DNA from: Microcoleus sp.
GTDB lineage: Bacteria; Cyanobacteriota; Cyanobacteriia; Cyanobacteriales; Microcoleaceae
Assembly (NCBI GenBank): GCA_052279835.1
Contig: CP181291.1
Span: 5,952,001 to 6,016,000 of the forward strand
Reading direction: 5' to 3'
Length of the DNA stretch: 64,000 nucleotides
The position numbers and the translations under genes were made by a program. Within the stretch, counting starts at the first letter, position 1; every line of letters starts with the position of its first letter. Positions 40,571 through 51,317 of this stretch are shown in pieces. Below the pieces are notes generated by a model. It saw only the letters and a list, made by a program, of their open reading frames with translations. It was not told the origin of the DNA and made no database searches.

Positions 40571-41677
40571 ATGCCCAATCACCTATCTTCCCAATGGACA
40601 CAACTCCACGCTCAACTGCACCGGACCCTGCTACACCGCAAAATATTACCCCCAAATCAGCGATTATTAGTAGCAGTATCCGGCGGGCAAGATTCTTTGT
40701 GTGCCATGAAGTTACTGCTAGATTTGCAGCCCAAATGGGGCTGGGAATTAGCAATTGTTCACTGCGATCACCGCTGGCGTGTGGATTCGGAAGCTAATGC
40801 AAATCATGTAGAAAATTTAGCTAAACATTGGGGAATATCATATTATCAAAAAACAGCCGATCGCGTTCCGAAAACTGAAGCAGCAGCCCGCAACTGGCGA
40901 TATCAAAGTTTAACCGAAATTGCGATCGCCAATAACTACCCCTACATTATTACAGGCCACACAGCGAGCGATCGCGCCGAAACCCTCCTCTACAACCTAA
41001 TTCGCGGTAGCGGTGCCGATGGACTTTCAGCCCTCACATGGGTTCGCCCCCTTGTCGATTTTCCATTGCCGATTTCAGATTGTAGATTAGAGAAGGTAAA
41101 TGAAAATCCCGCATCGAAAATCCCCAATCTCAACTCTCAAATCTACTTAGTTCGTCCCTTGCTCGAAATAAGTCGATCGCAAACAGGCGAATTTTGTCAA
41201 CAGCAAAAACTACCAGTTTGGGAAGATTCCACAAACCAGGATTTGCAATACGCCCGCAACCGGATTCGATCGGAATTATTACCTTATTTAGAAACTCATT
41301 TTAACCCCCAAACCCAGCAAGCCCTCGCTCAAACAGCCGAAATTCTCCGCGCTGATGTCGAATATCTCGAACTTGCCGCCACCGAATTGCTACAGCTAGC
41401 CATGTCACAAATCAACGAAGAAGATCGCGGAACTTTTCAACTTCCAGTCAAGTTAAATCTCCCGATTTTGCTAGCAGCCCCCCTTTCCTTGCAGCGACGA
41501 GCCATGCGACAGCTACTGCAACAAATACTACCAAGTGCTCCCAGCTTTGACAACATTGAAAAACTCACAGCTTTGATTGTAGCACCTAATCGATCGCAAA
41601 CAGATCCATTTCCATCAGGTGCGATCGGTATAGTAGAAAAACCTTGGATGATTATCACATCTGGGCCTAGGGCATAG
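40571..41677 (+). CDS. tilS: tRNA(Ile)-lysidine synthase
   Basis: VAVSGGQDS, EAAARNWRY, GHTASDRAET, VRPLL, DSTN...RNRIR. Confidence 0.95.
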   Translation: MPNHLSSQWTQLHAQLHRTLLHRKILPPNQRLLVAVSGGQDSLCAMKLLLDLQPKWGWELAIVHCDHRWRVDSEANANHVENLAKHWGISYYQKTADRVPKTEAAARNWRYQSLTEIAIANNYPYIITGHTASDRAETLLYNLIRGSGADGLSALTWVRPLVDFPLPISDCRLEKVNENPASKIPNLNSQIYLVRPLLEISRSQTGEFCQQQKLPVWEDSTNQDLQYARNRIRSELLPYLETHFNPQTQQALAQTAEILRADVEYLELAATELLQLAMSQINEEDRGTFQLPVKLNLPILLAAPLSLQRRAMRQLLQQILPSAPSFDNIEKLTALIVAPNRSQTDPFPSGAIGIVEKPWMIITSGPRA

Positions 41678-41852
41678 CACATTAGACATCGCGCCTTAAA
41701 ACCTGCTTCCTGAATTTCCACCCTTGGGGGGTGATATCGTTTCCGGTTGTATTGGAATGATTTAACCTTACTAGAACACTCTTGACACAGAGGGAGAGAA
41801 TAGAGATATGAATAATTCAGATGCTACTGGATTTGATATGACTTATTCCTTC

Positions 41853-43730
41853 TTAACTCGAACAATGATAAACTTGATATTCATACCCATCAACAGCAGG
41901 CAATTTCCGCGATTCAACCTCACAACCTTGCGCTTTTAAATCCACAGGTGCACGAAAATTCACCAACCATAAATCGAGGGGACGCTGCAATTGAGTAAGT
42001 GTTTTCTCAAGTGTCCCTGAAGCTATTTCTGGTGTTTCCCTTTTCAGATTAGCCAAAAGAAATAAAGGAGAATCAAATGATTCCTTCCGCCCTTGGGTGG
42101 GATTCTGATTCCTTCCCCCCTTGGGGGGGGTTGGGGGGGGTGCTTCCGACTTCCCCCCAACAGCGCCATTCTGACTGGTTCCCCCCTTGGGGGGGGTTGG
42201 GGGGGGTTCTTGTTCCCTCTTCCTAATTTCCCACCCAATACCCATCACTTCCCCGATTTCCACATGAGTCTTTTGAGTAGTAGCAATCAACACCGGAACT
42301 TGTGATACTTCGCGGATAATGGGCACCAAAAGATCGGGTTTGTAATACTTCCGATAACCCAGATTAGAATTTACTGTAACACCACTCACAAAACCCATTA
42401 ATAAAATTAGTAAAACAGCTTTTTTCCCAGAAGTTTCGATAGCTCCGTAATTAAACCATTGACTTTTTACTGTAGGTGTGTTAAAGAGAACTGCCAAGGC
42501 TGCTCCTAACAATAAAATCACCCCTGGAAAGTAAACAAAATTGTATCTAGCGCCACGAGTGAGGTCAATATCAAGAATATATTTAAAACTAAAGAATAGG
42601 AAAATTGCTCCTACTACAAACCAGCAAAAAATGATAGTACCTAAAACAGTATCCGGGTTTTTTAAAGCAGTTTTAATCGCTCCAAACACCAAGGGAAGCG
42701 CCCAGACAAAAAAGATAGTCATCCCGATCGCCGATGCAATCACTACTGCCAGATTTGACGATTCCACGGGTAACAAAGATATCACAGTAATCCATCCAGC
42801 CAAAGCTTGAAAAATTGGACTAATCCAATTCAACCAAGTGCGATCGCCGCTAACAATCCAATTAGTTAATTCACTGCCATATTTATTTGAAAAAAATATG
42901 GGAACCCATATTAATCCCCCGGCAGCCGTACCGCTAGCCACTGCCAATAATCGCCAGATATTTTTAGATTTACCGAAAGGAGAGTGATTTTTTTTAAATT
43001 CATTTTCTAGTTTAAAAAAAATAGGATATTTTTCATTATATGAGTGGGCGATTACAGCAGTTAACGCTATTGCTTCCGCACATAAAGTGAGAACAAAAAA
43101 GTAGTGACTGGCTATTCCCAAACAGTTAAACATTAACCATATTGCCACAGCCCAAAGAGGAATTAGCGCCCGTTGTTGGATGCGTTTAATACTTAAAATC
43201 AAGCAAAATAAAGAAGCAATAACTAATAAAATTCCTAAAGTGTAATGTCTAGCTTCTTGAGCGAGATAAATACCGTAGGGAGAAACTGCCATCATCGCAG
43301 CAGCACATTGACCAACTAGAGGAGAATTAAACGCAAATTTGCCCAAAAAGTAAATAGCTGGAACGGAAATTACACCCAATAAAGCTGGGAGCGATCGCCC
43401 AATCCAGACTAAACTATCGGCAGAAGGTCTAAACAACTCCATCCACCAGTGAGCCAGCATAAAATAAACCGGAGGATGATTGCTTTCTAGCAGTAAATTA
43501 TGCAGCACATCGCCAGTGGTAGCAGTGGGACTCCATTGCAGCGGTTCCAGTAAACTAGAAAGAGCGATCGCCCGATCGATCGGCACACCTCGAAAACTAT
43601 TGCCCAAACTAAAAACTAAAGTGGAAAACTCATCCGTCCACAGTGGTTTCGAGTCCAAATTGGCAAATCGCAACATCAAGGCGATCGCCATCCACAGTAA
43701 TAGCAATAATAATTGTTTATTCTTAATCAT
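41853..43730 (-). CDS. GT-C (family 39/PMT-like) integral membrane glycosyltransferase
   Basis: WTDE, HPPVYF, QEARHY, multiple TM helices. Confidence 0.85.
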   Translation of the reverse strand: MIKNKQLLLLLLWMAIALMLRFANLDSKPLWTDEFSTLVFSLGNSFRGVPIDRAIALSSLLEPLQWSPTATTGDVLHNLLLESNHPPVYFMLAHWWMELFRPSADSLVWIGRSLPALLGVISVPAIYFLGKFAFNSPLVGQCAAAMMAVSPYGIYLAQEARHYTLGILLVIASLFCLILSIKRIQQRALIPLWAVAIWLMFNCLGIASHYFFVLTLCAEAIALTAVIAHSYNEKYPIFFKLENEFKKNHSPFGKSKNIWRLLAVASGTAAGGLIWVPIFFSNKYGSELTNWIVSGDRTWLNWISPIFQALAGWITVISLLPVESSNLAVVIASAIGMTIFFVWALPLVFGAIKTALKNPDTVLGTIIFCWFVVGAIFLFFSFKYILDIDLTRGARYNFVYFPGVILLLGAALAVLFNTPTVKSQWFNYGAIETSGKKAVLLILLMGFVSGVTVNSNLGYRKYYKPDLLVPIIREVSQVPVLIATTQKTHVEIGEVMGIGWEIRKREQEPPPTPPKGGTSQNGAVGGKSEAPPPTPPKGGRNQNPTQGRKESFDSPLFLLANLKRETPEIASGTLEKTLTQLQRPLDLWLVNFRAPVDLKAQGCEVESRKLPAVDGYEYQVYHCSS

Positions 43731-43911
43731 TCATTTAATAAGAAGGAAAGGGAAGTCGAACAGTGCCTAGCCCCCATCACAGACCATTTTATCCGCATTT
43801 GGGGCCATCGGAGGGCGGGCACGGGGCACGACCCCTACAAGCGAATGAAACAGCCATGCCCTGGGGGGCTGGATGGAGTAGCCCGATTCCCCATTCCCAA
43901 TGCCCAATTTT

Positions 43912-45126
43912 TTAATTAACATCCGTCACCCGCCAACTCAGCTTCATATTAATCCAGAAATTCCACAACGTAACCGCCACGATCGCAATTAAATTAGCCA
44001 AATATTCATTCATCCCAAAAATATTAAACATCACATTCACCAGCAGCACATTCAAAATCAAACCCATCAAGCAAATCGTATTAAATTTCAACAGTCGTTT
44101 CAAGCGTTGGCGATTGCCTCGCTGCCGCCTAGAAATTTCCCCAAAAGTCCATAGATCGTTCCACAAAAAGTTACTAACAATTGCCAATTCCGCAGCCACA
44201 ATCAAACTGCGAGTCAGCTCCAAATTGCAGAAATTTCGCAGCACGTACAAAGCCGCCATATTCACAAACACCCCGCTGAAACCCACTAAACCAAATCGTA
44301 TAAACTTGCCCATGGGCCAGCGGGCAAACCGCAACCGGAGCAAATGTCGCAAATACTCAATATACTGTTTCCAGGTAACTTTGCTCTCCCCTTCTTGGCG
44401 CTCCTGAAACACATAACCAACTTCTCCAATCCAGCGGATATCCCCTCTGCCGAGCACTTCAATCAAAATTTTGTAACCGGCGGGATTCAGCGTTTTGCCC
44501 GCAATACAACTACGGCGCACCATAAAATAGCCGCTCATGGGATCGGAAACCCTGCCCACAACTCCCGGTAGTATCACCAATCCCAAAGTCTGAGCTCCCC
44601 GCGATAAAAATCGCCGGATCATACTCCAGTCGCTGACTCCACCTTCGGCAACGTGGCGACTAGCAGCGGCTAAATCCGCTCCCCGTTTAATCTCTGCCAA
44701 AAGATCCAACAGCGTCTCTGGCGGATGTTGCAAGTCAGCATCGATTACGCCCAAAACCTCACCTCTGGCGGCTTGCCATCCCCTAATCACCGCTGTAGAA
44801 AGCCCTCGCTCGTGCTCGCGTCGCATCACGCGCAATTGCGGATAGTCGGGTTTCAGGGATAGGGCAACTTCCCAGGTGCGATCGGGGCTGTCGTCATCCA
44901 CTACAATCATCTCGTAGTCACTGACAAGGCTACCATCAAGCAATTGGCTCAGTTTTTCGACAATTGTTTTGATATTTTGGCACTCGTTGTAGGTGGGAAT
45001 TATCAGGGAAAAATAAATAGGCGGTTCCCCTGTTGTGGCAGAATTTGAAGCTACAGTCGGTGCAGCCGGAATTTCCAAAGGGTTCGTCGGTACTGGCAAG
45101 AGCTGATTTACTTGATTTAAGTTCAT
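43912..45126 (-). CDS. GT2 polyprenol-phosphate mannosyltransferase-like protein with C-terminal GtrA domain
   Basis: IIPTYNE, VDDDSPD, IDADLQHPPE, SDPMSGYF; C-terminal RFGLVG..NF..N..WTF. Confidence 0.9.
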   Translation of the reverse strand: MNLNQVNQLLPVPTNPLEIPAAPTVASNSATTGEPPIYFSLIIPTYNECQNIKTIVEKLSQLLDGSLVSDYEMIVVDDDSPDRTWEVALSLKPDYPQLRVMRREHERGLSTAVIRGWQAARGEVLGVIDADLQHPPETLLDLLAEIKRGADLAAASRHVAEGGVSDWSMIRRFLSRGAQTLGLVILPGVVGRVSDPMSGYFMVRRSCIAGKTLNPAGYKILIEVLGRGDIRWIGEVGYVFQERQEGESKVTWKQYIEYLRHLLRLRFARWPMGKFIRFGLVGFSGVFVNMAALYVLRNFCNLELTRSLIVAAELAIVSNFLWNDLWTFGEISRRQRGNRQRLKRLLKFNTICLMGLILNVLLVNVMFNIFGMNEYLANLIAIVAVTLWNFWINMKLSWRVTDVN

Positions 45127-45267
45127 AGTTCCTGTTTTCCGAAAGTAAAATATGTTGTGCGATGACTGTAGACTTGAGAATATGTTTCGTCTAGAGTTGG
45201 TTTGTTAAAATCTAAGAACGCCTGTAATTCTAGGTCGTGATTCTGTAACTGAGCTGGAAAATAAACT

Positions 45268-46419
45268 GTGGATGCCATTCTCGATCGCGCTTTACAAGGT
45301 TATAACCTCTCCACCGCAGAGGCCTTGGTACTTTTGCAGCAAACAGAGCCAAATGCGCGAGCTGCGATTCAAACAACTGCTGACTTGCTCCGTCGCCGAC
45401 AATCAGGAGATGTTGTCACCTATGTTATCAACCGCAATATTAATTTCACCAATATTTGCGAGCAGCATTGCAGTTTTTGTGCATTCCGCCGCAATCAGGA
45501 AGATGAGGGCGCTTTTTGGTTAGACTGGGCCCAAATCCTGGAAAAAGCTACAGACGCAGTGCAGCGGGGTGCTACAGAAATTTGTATGCAGGGGGGATTA
45601 CATCTTAACGCCAAACTCAATGGCGCATCTTTGCCTTATTATCTGCAATTGGTGAAAATAATTAAAGATGAGTTCCCTCAATTACATTTGCACGCTTTTT
45701 CGCCACAAGAAATACAATTCATTGCCAGGGAAGATGGCCTGAGTTTCAGCTATGTAATTTCGGCTTTGCGAGATGCGGGAGTTGGTTCCATGCCCGGCAC
45801 CGCAGCGGAAATTCTTGACGATGGAGTACGACGCATTATTTGCCCGGAAAAAACAGATGCGGCAACTTGGCTGGAAATTGTTGGTACGGCTCACAGTTTG
45901 GGATTGCCAACAACCAGTACCATGCTTTGTGGCCATATTGAAACTGCCGAACAGCAGGTTTTGCATCTAGAAAAAGTGCGATCGCTCCAACAAAGTGCGA
46001 TCGACCAAAACTATCCAGCTAGCATTACAGAATTTATTTTATTGCCCTTTGTCGGACAGCAAGCACCAGCACCTTTGCGCAGTCGAGTCGGCCGCGATCA
46101 ACCAGTTTTAGCAGATACATTATTACTCACCGCCGTATCCAGAATCTTCTTAGGAAATTTAATTCCCAATCATCAACCAAGTTGGGTGAAATTAGGTTTA
46201 GATGGAGCTACAGAAGCCCTGAAATGGGGTTGCAATGACATTGGTGGCACATTGATGGAAGAGCACATCACTACCATGGCTGGTGCAGTTGGTGGTAGTT
46301 GTCAATCCGTCGAAGATTTGCAAAATGCGATTAGTTCTTTGGGGCGGAGTTATCAACAAAGAGATACAATTTATCGAACAATAGGGGTTGACAATTGTGC
46401 AGAAATAGGTGTTATTTGA
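45268..46419 (+). CDS. cofH: FO synthase subunit CofH (radical SAM)
   Basis: [41 protein letters not shown]. Confidence 0.92.
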   Translation: MDAILDRALQGYNLSTAEALVLLQQTEPNARAAIQTTADLLRRRQSGDVVTYVINRNINFTNICEQHCSFCAFRRNQEDEGAFWLDWAQILEKATDAVQRGATEICMQGGLHLNAKLNGASLPYYLQLVKIIKDEFPQLHLHAFSPQEIQFIAREDGLSFSYVISALRDAGVGSMPGTAAEILDDGVRRIICPEKTDAATWLEIVGTAHSLGLPTTSTMLCGHIETAEQQVLHLEKVRSLQQSAIDQNYPASITEFILLPFVGQQAPAPLRSRVGRDQPVLADTLLLTAVSRIFLGNLIPNHQPSWVKLGLDGATEALKWGCNDIGGTLMEEHITTMAGAVGGSCQSVEDLQNAISSLGRSYQQRDTIYRTIGVDNCAEIGVI

Positions 46420-47708
46420 AATACTCACCGTCGTGAACGAGCGGTGATTCTTGACACTTCATCGGATGAAGCTACCGGAGTAGTCTTACTCTTCCTCTGT
46501 GTCCGTTTAGAGTCGTGGCGATTCCCCATCCCGACTTGATTTATATTTTTTGCTGCATTCTCGTCTCTATCGTGCTCAATACCACAGCTTAGACAAAGCA
46601 CCGAACGAATAGAAAGGTATAATTTACCCCATTTAAAACCACAGTCGGAACAGACTTGGCTCGTAGGTTCCCAGCGACTAATTACCCTAAACTCACGCCC
46701 AAACTTCTCCGATTTAGCTTCACAAAGGGAACGAAATTCGTACCAACCTTGTTGATTAATTACCAGGGCTAATTTGCGATTCTTGACCATTCCTGACACA
46801 TTCAAATCCTCCAAAATAATTGTTTGGTTTTCACTGACTACTTTGGTTGATAGTTTTTGCAGGAAATCTTGACGCAAGTCAGCAATTCGATTGTGCGTTT
46901 TGGCTATTTTAATTCGAGTTTTATGCCTGCGTTTTGAGTCTTTCTGCTGTCGGGCTAGCTGTTTCTGAAGTTTACGAACTTTTTTGTCTAGCTTTTTACA
47001 GCTAGGGCTTTTAGCTTTCCCTCCATCACTCATTACCGCAAAGGTTTTAATCCCTAAATCAATACCGACGCTCATGTGTTTAGCTTCGACTTGAACGGGT
47101 TCAACCTCCACCACGAAACTCAAGAAGTAACGGTTGGCACAATCTTTAATGACCGTTACTGATGTCGGATCGGATGGTAGTTCTCTCGACCAAATAGGCT
47201 TAATATTGCCAACTTTAGCTAGATAGACTTCCTCCCCTTTAATTGAAAAACCGCCAATCCTAAAACGTGCCGACTGACTGTTCGTGCGTTTCTTGAACTT
47301 GGGATACCCAACCTTGCGCCCCTTCCTTTTGCCTTTGCAAGACTGAAAAAAGTTCTTAAAAGCTGTTTCCAGATCTGCTACAGATTGTTGTAACGGGATA
47401 TTCGATACTTCACTTAGCCAAGCTCTTTCAGTTGTCTGTTTCGCTTGAGTGATTACTACCTTTTGAAGTTCTGCCGATTTCGGCTTTTTCTCCGACTGCT
47501 TGCACAGTGCAAGAGCATCATTCCAGACTACGCGGACGCAACCAAACAACTGCGCTAAACTCTGTCGCTGTTGGTCTGTCGGATAGATTCTGTATCGATA
47601 CCTTGCTTTCATTATTTTTGCTTTTTACTTACTCTATTATACTAGGTCTTACACGATCGAGAAAAATTAAAGCCGTCTTGAAAGACGGGGCTTGTACCCA
47701 TTCTTTTG
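46416..47708 (-). mobile_element. tnpB: IS200/IS605 element, TnpB-only (tnpB 46425..47612)
   Basis: TTGAC immediately 5' of the left end; left-end hairpin agccccgtctttcaagacgg; right end ...cggtgagtatTTCAA; RuvC D/E/D and zinc finger intact. Confidence 0.92.
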
Positions 47709-47740
47709 GTCAAGTCCGGCTAATTGCTAATCCTTTACGG

Positions 47741-49483
47741 TTACCCACTAATCAAACCCGAAATAACCTGTTGTAACTGAGAAATCGTCCGATCTTGTTG
47801 TTCTCCAGTTTGCTCAATGCGATCGAGTTCCCCCCCCACAGCTTCCAACTTTTGACGCAGCCCACTCAAATTATCCTGCACCGGCTGCAACATTTCTTGA
47901 TAAACATTCACCCTGCCCCAGAGTTCCGCCACAGCACTTTTCTGGTTAAACAAATTCTGCTCCAACTGTTTAATTTCCTGGCGTTGACCCTCCAGTTCCC
48001 CAGTTTTGCGGTTAACATTGCCATCATTTTGAGCTATGGCTTGTCGTAACTGCTGAATTTCCTGCTCCAGTTTCTGCAAATCTTGCTGCTGCTGCTGGCG
48101 CTGACTTTCCAATTGTGCGATGACCGGCCCCAAATCAATCTGTCCCTCTCGCGATGCTGGATTAGCAGTACCCAAGCGTTTCCAAAGCACCGCCTGATGT
48201 TGCTTCAAAATACTCTCCCGTTCCTGCAAGCGCAGTCGTTGTCCCACGAGAGTTTCATTCAACATCTGATAACTTTCGAGTTCATCGGCCATTTCATTTT
48301 CCAACGCCATGCGATCGTACTCGCTAGCAGCTTGAATTTTCGCTTGCAATTCCTCGATAGTCTGCTGCTGGAGAGTCAACTCCTCCTCTTGATCGTTAAC
48401 AAACCGAAACACCTTTTCCAAATCCTGTTGCAAGTTTTGAACTAGCCCCTGCAACTCATCTATCGACATTTTCTCCAGAGCTTGCACATCTACTTGCTGC
48501 TCTGTAGCCACAGCCCCAAAACCTTGAGCCATACCGGAAACTTGTCTCGTTAGAGCCTCCAGAGCCCTCACCTGGGCAGAAAACAACTGAAACTGTTCTT
48601 CCTTCGCACTCAACGTACTTTGCAGGCCCTTGCTCTCCACCTTGACTTGCGTCACAGCATCCACAGCTTGATACCACTCTTCCCAGCGGTGTTGGATATG
48701 GGGAAGTTGGCGATCGACCTCTGCTTGCTGCTGCTGAGCATTGGCCCGTTGTTGCTCCAACTGCTGCCAGTGTAGATCCAAAATTGCCTGTTGAGCCCCG
48801 ACGACACCAAAAGACTGATTCAATTGTTCCCGCACCCCTTGAGCCGAAGCAATCGCCCCCGAAAGCTTGTTCATTAACTCCTGAATTCTACGGGCCTGTT
48901 CCTCATCTACCACCGCCCCTTGCTGAACCTGAGACTGTTGCTGCTCCACCCGCTGCTGCTCGCCCCGCAACTGTTCCCAAGCCATCTCCATTTCCACACG
49001 AGAGCGATCGACTTCTTCCCGCAATCGATGAGCTTCATCGCGAGTATTTTCAATTTCCGAGCGCTGCGCCTCCAGCCGCTCCAACTCATCCACCATTTGA
49101 GCCAACTGCTCTTCGCGGGCTTGCATTTCCATTTCCCGGCGATTTAGTTCCTGACTCGAAAAAGTCAGAGAAGCCTTCCACTGCTCAATTTCCTCTTCCT
49201 TATCCTTAAACTTATCCTGTAAACGCGAGAAATTTTGGAGAATACTCACCAATTGACGCGCAGCTTCCTGAATTCGCTGCACCTGCTTGCTAGCGCTTAA
49301 CTCCACCAGCACCAGGGTGCCGTCGTTAAACTTATTAGCTTCCTCCACTGGAATCACATCATCCCCAGGTACAGCGCTCCAATTATGTTCGCCCCGCTGA
49401 CAAGCTAGCAGTTTTAGTTCAGCCTTACCGCCACCGAGACCAAAGCCGCTTCTCTGTTTTTGTACTTCTGCTAGATACAGCAC
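47741..49483 (-). CDS. hmpF: Pilus motility/taxis coiled-coil protein HmpF
   Basis: (M)LYLAEVQKQ..GGGKAELKLLACQR N-terminus and a long coiled coil; divergent from the PatA-CheW-MCP-CheA cluster; GTG at 49483 with RBS agagagga. Confidence 0.88.
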   Translation of the reverse strand: MLYLAEVQKQRSGFGLGGGKAELKLLACQRGEHNWSAVPGDDVIPVEEANKFNDGTLVLVELSASKQVQRIQEAARQLVSILQNFSRLQDKFKDKEEEIEQWKASLTFSSQELNRREMEMQAREEQLAQMVDELERLEAQRSEIENTRDEAHRLREEVDRSRVEMEMAWEQLRGEQQRVEQQQSQVQQGAVVDEEQARRIQELMNKLSGAIASAQGVREQLNQSFGVVGAQQAILDLHWQQLEQQRANAQQQQAEVDRQLPHIQHRWEEWYQAVDAVTQVKVESKGLQSTLSAKEEQFQLFSAQVRALEALTRQVSGMAQGFGAVATEQQVDVQALEKMSIDELQGLVQNLQQDLEKVFRFVNDQEEELTLQQQTIEELQAKIQAASEYDRMALENEMADELESYQMLNETLVGQRLRLQERESILKQHQAVLWKRLGTANPASREGQIDLGPVIAQLESQRQQQQQDLQKLEQEIQQLRQAIAQNDGNVNRKTGELEGQRQEIKQLEQNLFNQKSAVAELWGRVNVYQEMLQPVQDNLSGLRQKLEAVGGELDRIEQTGEQQDRTISQLQQVISGLISG

Positions 49484-49534
49484 GCTGATAGTCCTCTCTT
49501 TGGTGTCGTTTGCGCAATTTGTCGATAGCAGTAT

Positions 49535-49685
49535 CCGTTCTGTGAAAGCCGATCGCATCTACTCTCAGCAGACTCAATCTTCACTTCCTGCTTCACCCTG
49601 AGGAGTCGGCTCCTTCCAGTCCACAGGCGTAATTTCGGGCTAAACTCTCCCTAATCTCATGTAGTAATCTCTAAAGATTAACCCT
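49535..49685 (-). ncRNA. Orphan IS607-type TnpB omegaRNA / right-end-like structured RNA
   Basis: Minus strand cccgaaattacGCCTGTggactggaaGGAGccgaCTCCtcagggTGAAGCAGGAAG...tttcacagaaCGG; same architecture as the IS607 right end at 57478-57560. Confidence 0.65.
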
Positions 49686-49917
49686 TCCCAACTTTAGCAG
49701 CAAGCGACAGCAATGCTCGACTTGGAGCGTCAATCAAGCCTTATCTACGACTTTCTCAACTTCTCCTAGGCACAATCAATGCCACTTTCTTAAAAAGAAT
49801 AGCAAAACTGCGGAGACTGCCATCACCAAAAGTTAAAAAATTTAACAGCCGGTATTAGCCCTCTATGTTTGGCTCTACTCCTTTTGACAAAAAAAATGGG
49901 ATACAAGCCCCGTCCTT

Positions 49918-50217
49918 TTAGGACGGCTTTTCTTGATTTATAATATACTCTTTCAAGACTTCCAATGGTGCGCCGCCTACAGAAACCGCAAAATAACTAG
50001 GACTCCATAAAGCCTCTTTGTGGGGCTTGGGGTATCCAGCCTGTCCGTAGCGACGACTAGAAACCCCTTTCAATGCGTTCACCATCTGAGAGATCGAAAG
50101 CTTTGGTGGATACTCAATCAGCGCATGAACCTGATTACCTTCGCCATTGAACTCCAGAACCTGAAAATTCATTTTTTCAGCAACCTCTCGAAAGGACTTT
50201 TCAATCAAATCAATACT
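49918..50217 (-). pseudogene. tnpA: IS200-type TnpA (Y1 transposase), 5'-truncated
   Basis: LKGVSSR and LWSPSYF retained; HUH motif reads NQVH; N-terminus missing. Confidence 0.85.
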
Positions 50218-50219
50218 TT

Positions 50220-51317
50220 ACCAGCCAGCAGCAACAAAGTTTGGCTCAACTGTTTGGCTGCGTGCGGGTAGTCTGGAACAATGCTCTTGCTATTTGTAAG
50301 CAGTCTGAGAAAAAGCCGAGTTCAGCGGATTTGCAAAAAATCGTTATTACTCAGGCTAAGAATACCGAAGAAAGGGCTTGGCTAAGAGGTGTGTCTTGCG
50401 TCCCGTTGCAACAATCAGTTGCCGACTTGGATGTTGCATTTAAAAAATTTTTCAACTCCTGTAAAGGAAAAAGAAAGGGGCGTAAAGTTGGATACCCTAA
50501 GTTCAAGAAAAGAACTAGCAGCCAGTCGGCACGTTTTAGAGTTGGAGGATTTTCCTTGAAAGGTGATGGAATTTATCTAGCCAAGATTGGAATTGTTAAT
50601 CCAATCTGGTCGAGAGAGTTGCCATCTGAACCTAGCTCTGTCACGGTAATTAAGGACTGTGCAAACCGTTATTTCCTGAGTTTTGTTGTAGAGGTTCAAC
50701 CGATTCAGGTCGAGGCAAAGAATCCAAGCATCGGAATCGACGATCTAGGGATAAAAACTTTGGCAGTAATGAGTAATGACGAAAAAGCCGAAAGTCCTAG
50801 CTATAAAAAGCTAGACCGGAAAGTTCGCAAGCTGCAACGGAAATTAGCGCGTCAACCAAAAGATTCTAGGAGAAGAAATGTAACTCGCATTAGAATTGCC
50901 AAGTTGCACAATCAAATCGCCGATACTCGCAAAGATTTCCTGCACAAGTTGTCAGCCAAAATAGTTAACGAAAACCAAGTGATTGTTTTGGAAGACCTCA
51001 ATGTATCTGGGATGATCAAGAATCGGAAACTTTCTCGTGCAATTAGTCAGCAAGGATGGTACGAATTTAGAAGGCTTTGCGAGGCTAAATCTGAGAAGTT
51101 TGGCAGAGAGTTCAAGGTGATTAGCCGCTGGGAACCCACCAGTCAAGTGTGTGCAGACTGTGGGTTTAAATGGGGTAAAATCGATTTGTCTATTCGCTCA
51201 GTTCTATGCTTAAGTTGTGATACCGAGCAAGATAGAGACGAGAATGCTGCTAGGAATATAGAAAAAGTCGGGATGGGGAATCGCCACGACTCGCTTTCGG
51301 GCGCTGAGGGACTGTAA
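50220..51317 (+). pseudogene. tnpB: TnpB, 5'-truncated, extra codon in RuvC-I, frameshifted tail
   Basis: Lacks MKARYxYRxYP found in the 47612 paralogue; GIDDLG versus GIDLG; +1 shift at about 51293. Confidence 0.8.

Noticed and set aside
40671..40682. tilS as target of the orphan omegaRNA guide (12-nt match tagcagtatccg)
   Set aside because: Only 9 guide bases match, and a 10-nt match also occurs near 2149, so chance is a sufficient explanation.
49484..49558. N-terminal extension of HmpF given in the ORF track
   Set aside because: The family-like N-terminus starts at GTG 49483 with an RBS; the extension overlaps the RNA-like element.
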